Assembly: GCF_009914755.1 (NCBI RefSeq)
Contig: NC_060947.1
Length of the DNA stretch: 64,000 nucleotides
Strand: one strand, 5' to 3'
Source of the DNA: the human T2T-CHM13v2.0 reference genome, Homo sapiens
Part shown: positions 54,060-64,000 of the stretch, one piece after another
How the letters are laid out: every line of letters begins with the position of its first letter
Position numbering within the stretch: position 1 is the first letter of the stretch
Translations under genes and position numbers: made by a program
The notes under the pieces: generated by a model
The model's input: the letters and a program-made list of their open reading frames with translations, nothing else
Database searches by the model: none
What the model was told of the DNA's origin: nothing

Positions 54060-57000
54060 GTTATGAATCACCAACGCCATCTCTCCCCTGTACCTGGCAG
54101 CAGTGGCAGCACGGTGCAGAGAGCATATCCGGGTGCTGGGGGAGGGAGAGCACAGCAATTGTGATGCAATGAATTCAGCACTGTCCTGTTAGAGCAGAAA
54201 AATCAACTGGACCAAATTCAGCTGATGCTCACCCATGGAGTAAACACTTAAACCAGCCCTCGCCTGAGGGGAATTACTGATCCCAGTCATCTGAACTTGG
54301 GTGCCTGCCAACCTTGCCACCAAGGGCTATGGCACTATGTGCCTAAAAGTAAAATATAAAGGCAGTCTAAACCATAAGGACTGCAAGTCTTAGGTGATTC
54401 CTAGTACTCAAGTAGGTGCAGAGATAGTGGAATATGGGAGCACATGACATATTGAGACACCAGCTAGGGTATTCAAGGGAGCACTGGCATCACCCCTCTC
54501 CTAAGCCCAGGCTGCACAAATCACAGCTCCAAAAGACACCCCTTCCTTCTGCTCCAGGAGGAGAGAGGGAAGAATGGGGAAGAATGTGGTTCACCTCTAG
54601 GATCCCAGCCCAGCCACAGCAAGATAGGGCACTGGTCAACTGTGAGGTCCCCATTCCAAGCCCTAGCTCCCAGATGAAATTTCTAGAAACATCCTGGGCC
54701 AGAAGAAAAACTGATGCCTTTTAAGAACGAACCCAGTCCTGGCAGCATTCATCACCTGCTAACTGAAGAGAGCTTTGTCCCTGAATAAACAGCAGTGATA
54801 TATAGGTATTACACCGAGGCCCTTAGGTGAATCTCTGAGACTCGCTGGATTCAGGTGAGACTTGGGATATTTCCAACTGTGGTAGCTACAAGGCAAAACT
54901 CCTTCAGACTGAGGAAAGCAGAGAGAAAAGCAAAAGGGACTTTGTCTTGTATCTTAGGTACCAGCACAGCCACAGGGTGATAAAGAACCAAGTGGGATCT
55001 TTGGGTCCCTGATTCTAAAACTTGACTCTTGGATGGTGATATGGTTTGGCTGTGGACCCACCAAAATCTCATCTTGACTTGTAGTTCCCATAATCCCCAC
55101 ATGTTGTGGGAGAGACCTAGAGGGAGGTAATTGAATCATGGGGGCAGTTACCCCCATGCTGCTGTTCTTGTGATAGTGAGTGAGTTCTTATGTGATCTGA
55201 TGGTTTTATTAGGGGCTTTTCCCTCTGTGCTTGGCACTTCGTCCTGCCATAATATGAAGGACATAATTGCTCCCCCTTCTGCCATGATTGTAAGTTTCCA
55301 AGGCCTCCCCCAGACATGCAGAACTGTGAGTCAATTAAACTTCTTTCCTTTATAAATCACCTAGTCTTGAACAGTTCTTTATAACAGCATGAGAATGGAC
55401 TAATACAGTAAATTGGTACTGGCTAGTGGGGTGCTGCTGTACAGATATGCAAAAATTTGGAAGCCACTTTGAAACTGAGTAACAGGAAAAGTTTGGAACA
55501 GTTTGGAGGGCTAAGAAGACAGGAAGATGTGGAACAGTTTAGAACTTCCTAGAGACTTCTTGAATGGCTTTGACCAAAATGCTGATGGTAATATGGACAA
55601 TGAATTCCAGGTTGAGGTGGTATCAGATGGAGATGAGAAACTTGTTGGAACTGGAATAAAGGTGACTCTGGCTATGTTTTAGCAAGGAGACTAGCAGCAT
55701 TTTCCCCTGCCCTAGAGATCTGTGGAACTTTGAACTTGAGAGAGATGATTTAGGGTATCTGGCAGAATAAATTTCTAGGAAGCAAAGAATTCAAGAGGTG
55801 ACTTGGGTGCTGCTAAAAGCATTCAGTTTTATGTATTCACAAAGATATGGTTTGGAATTGGAACTTATGTTTAAAAGGGAAGCAGAGCATTCAAGTTTGG
55901 AAAATTTGCAGCCTGATGATGTGATAGAAAAGAAAAATCCATTTTCTGGGGAAAAATTTAAGCCTTCTGCAGAAATTTGCATATGTAATGAGGAGCTGAA
56001 TGTTAATCACCAAGACAATGGTGAAAATGTCATTAGGGCATGTCAGAGACCTTCTCAGCAGCTCCACCCATTACAGGCCAGGAGGTCTACTAAGGAAAAA
56101 TGGTTTCCTGGGCTGGATTCACAGACCCCTGCTGCATGCAGCCTTGGGACATGGTGCCCTGCATCCCAGCTGCTTCAGCTCTAACCATGTCTAAAAGGGG
56201 CCAATATACAGCTCAGACTGTTACTTCAGAGGGTGCAAGCCCCAAGCCTTGGAAGATTCCATGTGGTGTTGAGCCTGTGGGTGCACCGAAGTCAGGAGTT
56301 GAGGTTTGGGAACTTCCGCATAGATTTCAGAGGATGTATGGAAACCCCTGGATGTCCAGGCAGATGTTTGCTGCAGGGGCAGAGCCTTCTGCTAGGGCAG
56401 TGCAGAAGGAAAATGTGGGACTGAAGCCCCCACACAGAGTCCCCAGTGGGGCACTGCCTAATGGTGCGAGAACAGTGCCACCATCCTCCAGGCCCCAGAA
56501 TGGTAAATTCACTGACAATTTGCATGATGTACCTGGAAAAGCCACAAACACTCAACACCACCCTGTTAAAGCAGCTAGGAGGGGGACTGTACCCTGCAAA
56601 GCTACAGAGGCTATGGGAGGCCACCTCTTACATCAGTGTGACATGGATGTGAGACATGGAGTCAAAGGATATTATTTTGGAACTTTAACGTTTAATGACT
56701 GCCCTACTTGATTTTGGATTTTCATGGGGCCTGTAACCCCTTTATTTTGGCCAACTTCTACCATTTGGAACAGGTGTATTTACCCAATGCCTGTACCCCC
56801 ATTGTATCTAACAAGTAACTACCTTGCTTTTGATTTTACAGGCTCACAGGCAGAAAGGACTTGTTTTGTCTCAGATGAGACTTTGGACTTGGACTTTTGG
56901 GTTAATGATGGAATGAGTTAGTTAAGACTTTGGGGGACTGTTGGGAATGCATGATTGTGTTTTGAAACTGAAAAGGGTATGAGATTTGGGAGCAGGCAGG

Positions 57001-60000
57001 GGAAAAGTGATAGGGTTTGGCTGTGTGTATCCACCCAAATCTAATGCTGAATGGTATTTTCCAATGCTAGTTGGGGGGAGCTGGTGGGAGGTGATTGGAT
57101 TATGGCAGTAGATTTCTCCATGCTGTTCTCATGATAGTGAGTAAGTTATCACAAGATCTGATGTTTTACAAGTGTGTAGCACTTCTCCCTCTCTCTCCTG
57201 CTACCATGTAAAGAAGATGCTAAATGTCCTGAGGCCTCCCAGTCATGCTTCCTGTTAAGCCTGCAGAACTGTGAGTCAATTAGACCTCTTTTCTTCACAA
57301 ATTGCTAGAATGAGTCAGGACTTTAGGGGACTGTTGGAAGGGCATGATTGTGTTTCGAATTGTGAGGACATAAGATTTGGGTGTGGCCAGGAGCAGAATA
57401 ATGTGGGTTAGCTGTGTCCCTACCCAAATCTCATCTTGAGTGGTAGTTCCCATAATCCCCATGTGTCATGTGAAGGTGCCAATAGGAGGTAATTGAATCA
57501 TGGGGAAGGTTACCTCATGCTGCTGTTCTCATGATAGTGAATGAGGTCTCATGAGATCTGATGGTTTTATAAAAGGCTTTTCCCTCTTTGCCTGGCAATT
57601 CTCCTTCCTGGATCATGTGAAGAAAGGTGTGTTTGCTTCCCCTCTGCCATGATTGTAAGTTTCCTTTGGCCTCCCTGCCATGTGGAACTGTGAGTCTATT
57701 AAACCTCTTTCCTTTATAAATTACCCAGTCCCAATCAGTTGTTTATAGCAATGGGGAATAAACTAATACAGACGGCGTTTTGGAACTGCCCCAGGCCAGA
57801 GACAAGTCCACTGCCTTGAAGGGCGAGTCCCAGGCCAAGCAGAATTCATGACAAGCTGACTGAAGAGACCTTGAGCCTTACGTGAACATCAGTGGTATTC
57901 TGGCAGTACAACTTGTGGCCTGAGGTGGTGGTGGCTATGGGATGAGTTGTCTCTACCTTTGGAAAGGGGAAAGAATAGAAGGAAGTGCTGCATTGTGTGG
58001 TTTGAGTGCCAGTTAAGCCGCAACACAATAGAACACCAGGTAAACTTCTAAGATTTTTTTACTCTAGTCCCTGACACCTGGACAGCACTTTTGGACCCCC
58101 CCACCAAGGACTTGGAGAACCTTGCCACCATGAAGGGTAGAACACAGGCCTGGCTGGCTCTGCCATGAACTGATTGTAGAGCAGCAGGGCCTTTAATGAA
58201 CATAGGCAGTACCCAGAGAGTGGTTACAGCAGGCCTTGGGGTAGACCCAGTTCTGCGGTGGCTTCTGGTCTGACTCAGTGCAGTCCTAGTTGTGTGGGAC
58301 ACAGAAGTGCTCGTGTCACACTACCCCCAGCTTTTGGTGACTGAGGACATAGAGAGACACTGTACATTTGGGAGAAAGTAAAGAATGAGAACAAGAGTCT
58401 TTCCCTGGTAATCCAGATAATTCTCCCGGGTCATATTCAGGACCATCATGGTGGTACCTTTATGAGTCTGTAAAAATCACAATGTTACCATTTTTGAGGT
58501 GCTCCCTAAAATACATAAACTTTAGATCACAACATCCAAGTCCTTTTAAATATCTGAAAAGCCTTCACAAGGAAGATGGTGACAAATAAGCCCATGGAGT
58601 GAAGACTACAATAAATACTGAATTCTTCAATGCCTAGACACTGAAGAACATATACTAGCATTAACACTATCCAGGAAAACATTACCTCATTAAATGAACC
58701 AAATAAGACACAAGGAACTAATTCTGGAGAAACAGAGATACGTGACCTTTCAGACAGAGAATTCAAAATAGCTGTGTTGAGGAAACTCAAAGAAATTCAA
58801 TATAACAAATAGAAGGAATTCAGAATTCTATCAGATAAATTTAACACAGAGATTAAAATAATTAAATAGAATCAAGCAAGAATTCTGGATCTGAAAACTG
58901 CAATTGGCTAATGGAAGAATGGATCAGAGTTCTCTAACAGCAGAACTGATCAAGAAGAAGAAAGAGTGAGCTTGAAGGCAAGCTATTTGAAAATACACAG
59001 TCAGAAAAGAAAAAAGCATAACATACAATGAAGCATGCCTAGAGGATCAAAAAATAACCTAAAAATAGCAAATCTAAGAGTTATTGGACTTAAAGGGAAC
59101 ATAGAGAAAAAACTAGGGTAGAAAGTTTATTCAAAGGGAAAATGGCAGAGAACTCCAAAACTTCAAAAAAGACATCAATATACAAGTGCAAGAAGGTTAT
59201 AGAACACCAAGCAGATTTAACCCAAAGATTACTGCTTCAAGGTATTTAATAATCAAACTCCCAAAGGTCAAGGAAAAAGAAAGAATCCTAAAAGCAGCAA
59301 GAGAAAAGAAACAAATAACATGCAATGGATCTCCAATATGTCTGGCAGCAGACTTTTCAGTGGAAACCTTACAGTCAAGAAGTGAGTGGCATGAGATATT
59401 TAAAGTGCTGAAGGAAAAAAAGTAACCCCAGAATAGTATATGTAGTGAAAATATCCTTCAAACATGAAGGAGAAATACAGACTTTCCTAGACACACCAAA
59501 GCTGAATAATTTCATCAATACCAGATCTGGCCTACAAAAAATACTAGAAATACTGAAGGGAGTATTTCAAGCAGATAGAGAAGGACATTATTGAGCAATA
59601 AATAATCACACGAAGATACAAAACTTACTGGTAATAGTAAGTACACAGAAAAACACAGAATGTGTTTCAATAATAATAATATATAATAATAACACTGTAA
59701 CTGTGGTGTATAAACTACTCTTATCCTAAGTAAAAAGACTAAATAATGAACCAATAAAAAATAATCACCTCAACAAGTTTTCAAGATTTAGTCAGTATGA
59801 TAAGATAGAAAGAACAAACAGTTAACAATTGGGGTGGAATGAAGTTAAAGCATACATTTTTTAAAATTTCTTTTTATTTGTTTTATGGTGCAAAGTGCTA
59901 ATGTTTTATTAGATTAAATTAATCTTATAAGATAGTATTTGCAAACCTCATGGTAACCTCTAACCAAAAAACATACAACGAATACAGAAAAATAAAAAGT

Positions 60001-63000
60001 AAGAAACTAAATGATGTCACCAGAGAAAATCACCTTCACTAAACAAAGACAAGAAAGAAAAAAAGGAAGAGAAGATCACAAAAAAAACCCAGAAAACAAA
60101 TAAAAATGGCAAATGAAAGTCCTTATTTATCAATAATAACATTGAATGTAAATGGACTAAACTCTCCAATCAAAAGACATAGAGAAGCTGAATGAATGAA
60201 GAAAGAGCCATGGATTTGTTGCCTTTAAGAAACACACTTCACCTATAAAGACACACATGGACTGAAAATAAAGAGATGAAAATAGATATTGCATTGCAAT
60301 TGAATTCAGAAAAAAAAAGCAAGATTCACTGTGCTTAGACAAAATAGATTTCAAAGCAAAAACTATAAGACGCTACAAAGAAGGTCACTGTATAATGATA
60401 AAGGGGTCAATTCAGAAAGATATCACAATTTTAAATATATATGCACCCAACAATGGAGCACCCAGATATATAAAGGAAATATTATTAGAGCTAAAGTAAG
60501 AGATAGGCCCTGGTACAATAATAGCTGGAGACTTCAACATCCCACTTTCAGCATTGGAAATATCTTCCAGACAGAAAATCAACAAAGAAAAATCAAACTT
60601 AATCTGTACCACAGACCAAATGGATCTAATAAATATTTATAGAACATTTTATCCAACAGCTGTAGAATTCACATTCTTTTGCTCAGGACTTGGATTATTC
60701 TCAAGGATAGACCATATGTTAGGTCACAAAAAGAATCTTCAAACATTCAAATAAATTAAAATAACAGCAAGCATCTTCTCTGACCACAATGGAATAAGAA
60801 TAAAAATTAATATGAAGAAGAATTTTGGAAACTTTAAAAATGCATGCAAATTAAACAATATCCTCCAGAATAATCAGTGGGTCAATGAAAAAATTAAGAA
60901 GGAAATTGCAAAGTTTCTTGAAAAAAATGATAATGGAAACACAACATATCTAAACCTATGGGATACAGCAAAAGCAGTAATCAGAGTGAAGTTTATAGCC
61001 ATAAGTGTCTAAATTACAAAAAGGAAAAACTTCAAATAATCTAATGACGCATCTTTAAAAACTACAATGGTAAGATCAAACCAAGCCCAAAATAAGTAGA
61101 AGAAATAATGAAGATCAGAGAAGAAATAAATAAAATTGAAATAAAAAATACAAAAGATCAATAAAACAAAAAGTTGAGTGTTTTTTTTTTTTTTGAAAAG
61201 TTCAACAAAACTGACAAACCGTTAGCCAGACTAAGGAATAAGGAGAGGATCCAAATAAATAACATCTGAAATGAAAAGGAGTCAATACAACTGAAAGTGC
61301 AGAAATTCAAAGGATCATTTGTGGTTACTAAGAACAATTATGTGCTAATAAATTGCAAAATCTAGAAGAAATCGACTAATTCTGAGATACATAAAACCTA
61401 CCAAGATTGATTCAGGAAGAAATGCATAACCTGAACAGATCAATGAGAAGTAACAGGATCAAAGCCATAATAAAATGTCTTCAAATAAAGAAAAACTAAA
61501 GATCCAATGGATTCATTGCCGAATTTTACCAAACATTTAAAGAAGAACTAACACCAGTTATACTCAAAATAGTTCAAAAAATTGAAGAGGAGAGAATACT
61601 TTCAAACTTATTCTACAAGGCCAGTATTACTCTGATACCAAAACCAGACAAGGACACATATAAAGAAAACTACTGGCCAACATTTCTGATGAATATTCAT
61701 GAAAACATTCTCAACAAAATACTAGCAAGCCAAATTCAACAATACATTAGAAAGATAATTCATGACCAGGTGGCATTTATCCCTGGGATGCAAGTATGGT
61801 ACAACATTCACAAAGCAATCAATGTGATACATCATATCAACAGAATTAAGGGTAAAAACCACATCATCTTATAAATTGATGCTGAAAATACATTTGATAA
61901 ATTTCAACATGTCTTTATGATAAAAATCCTCAAAAAATGGGCTTAGAGGGAACATACCTTAACACAATAAAACTGATATACAACAGACACACAGCTCCTA
62001 TCATACTGAATGGGGAAAAACTGAGTTTCCTCTAAAATATAGAACACAACAAGGCTACCCACTGTCACCAATGTTCGACATAGTACTGGAAGTCCTAGAT
62101 AGAGCAATCAGACAAGAGAAATACAAAAAGTTCATCCAAATTGGAAAGAAAGAATTCAAATTGTCTCTGTTAGCTGATGATATGATCTTATATTCAGAAA
62201 CATCAAAGATTCCACAAGAAAATGATAGAAGTAATCAACAAATTTAGTAAAGTTTCAGGATACAAAATCAAAATACAAAAATCAGTAGCATTTCTATAAG
62301 TCAACAGTGAATAATCTGAAAAATAAATTTAAAAAGTAATCCCATTTACAATAACCACAAATGTAATCAAATGCTTTAGAATTTACCAAAGAAGAAAAGA
62401 TATCTATAATGAAAATTATAAACAATGATGGAAGAAACTGAAGAGGACACCAAAAGATGGAAAAACATTTCATGTTCATGGATTGGAAGAATCTATATTA
62501 TTAAAATGTCCATACTACACAAAGCAATTCACAGATTAAATGCAATTCTTATTAATACGTCAAATGACATTCTTCACAGAAATTAAAAAAAAAACTATCC
62601 TAAAATTTATATGGAATAACAAGAGATCCAGAATAGGCAAAGCTATCCTAAGCAAAAAAAGAACAATACGGGATAAATCATACTACATGACTTCAAATTA
62701 TACTACAGAGCTATAGTAACCAATGCAGCATGATACTGGCATAAAAACAGACACATAGATCAATAGAACAGAATAGAGAACCCAGAAACAAATCCGTACA
62801 ACTACAGTGAATTTATTTTTACCAAAGTTGCCAAGACCACACACTGGGAAAAAGACAGTCTCTTCAATAAATGGTGCTGCAAAACCCGGATATCCATAGG
62901 CAAAAAAATAAAATTAGGTCTCTATGTGTTGCCATATACAAAAATCAAATCAAAATGGACGAAACACTTAAATCTAAGACATCACACTATAAAATTACTA

Positions 63001-64000
63001 CAAGAAAACATTGAAGAAACTGTCAAGGACATTGGAGTGGGCAAAGATTTCTTGAGTAATAACTCATAACCATAGGCAACCAAAGCAAATATGGACAAAT
63101 GGGATCACATCGAGCTAAAAAGCTTCTGCACAGCAAATGAAACAATCAATAAGTGAAGAGATAACAGACAGAATGAGAGAAAATTCTTACAAACCACCTC
63201 TCTGACAAGGAATTAATAACCAGAATATATAAGGAGCTCAACCAACTCTGTAGGAAAAAAATCTAATAATTTGATCAAAAATGGGCAAAATATTTGAATA
63301 GAATTTTCTCAAAAGAAGACATACGAATGGCAAATAGGCATATTAAAACATTCTCAACATCATTGGTCAGAGGAATACAAATCAAAACTACAATGAGATT
63401 TAACTTTACCCCCACTAAAATGGCTCATATCTAAAAGATAATAACAAATGCTGGAAAGAATGTGGAGAAAAGGGAACCCTTGTACACTGTTTGTGAGAAT
63501 GTAAATTAATACAACCACTATGGAGTTTGGAGGTAACTCAAAAAACTAAAAACTGAGCTACCATATGATCCAGTAATCCCACTGCTGGGTATATACCCCA
63601 GAGAAAATAAATTTGTATATTGAAGAGGTATCTCCACTCCTACATTTGCTGTAGCACTGTTTACAATAACTAAGATTTGGAAGCAACCTAAGTGCCCATC
63701 AACAGAAGAATAGATAAAGAAAATATGGTACATATACACAATGGAGTACTATTCAGCTATAAAAAAGATGAAATCCATCCATTTACAACAACATGGATGA
63801 AACTGGAGATCATAACATTAAGTTAAATAAGCCAGGCACAGAAAGAAAAACATGGCATGTTCTCACTTATTTGTGGGATCTAAAAATCAAAGCAATTGAA
63901 CTCATGAATGTAGTGAGTAGAAGGATGGTCACTGGAGGCTATGAAGGGTATTGGGAAACTTGGGAGGAACTGGGGATGATTAATGGTTACAAAAAAATAG
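54060..64000 (+). mobile_element. Near full-length L1MA1-3-type LINE-1 (5'UTR split by a THE1D provirus; ORF1 ~58630-59600; ORF2 from ~60107), running off the window end
   Basis: ORF1 peptide IKLPKVKEKERILKAAREKKQIT; ORF2 start cattgaatgtaaatggactaaactctccaatc; 3'UTR tgtgggatctaaaaatcaaagcaattgaactcatg. Confidence 0.92.
55037..57770 (+). mobile_element. Full-length THE1D-like MaLR provirus with an extra internal MSTA-like LTR (LTRs at 55037-55407, 57008-~57303, 57399-57770)
   Basis: Outer LTRs tgatatggtttggctgtg...taataca; TSD GATGG 55032-55036 / GACGG 57771-57775; THE1-int at 55408-57007. Confidence 0.9.

Noticed and set aside
55798-56711. 128-aa and 203-aa ORFs
   Set aside because: Fragments of the THE1/MST internal ORF, common to many copies; no sign of domestication visible here.

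Overview
Primate (most likely human) AT-rich, gene-poor, repeat-dense genomic DNA. I can support no intact protein-coding gene. The only gene-derived feature is a full-length processed pseudogene of XRCC6 (Ku70) on the minus strand (~15365-17457), inserted antisense into ORF1 of an old LINE-1. The rest is layered transposon history: three long plus-strand L1s, two twin-primed (5'-inverted) L1 insertions, Alus, MaLR LTR elements (MLT1/MST/THE1), a solo HERV-H LTR7, Tigger3, MADE2 and MIR/L2/L3 relics. The most notable structures read directly from the sequence are: (i) a foldback plus template-switch insertion inside the Ku70 retrocopy; (ii) a three-LTR THE1D/MSTA chimeric provirus whose middle LTR stops about where its RNA would be polyadenylated; (iii) a four-layer Alu>MST>THE1>LTR7 nest with TSDs; (iv) a 336-codon stop-free Ku70 core frame; (v) a speculative minus-strand spliced transcript linking LTR7, candidate exons and the retrocopy. 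I found no convincing new biological system. Repeat subfamily names and XRCC6 comparisons come from remembered consensus sequences, not from a search.
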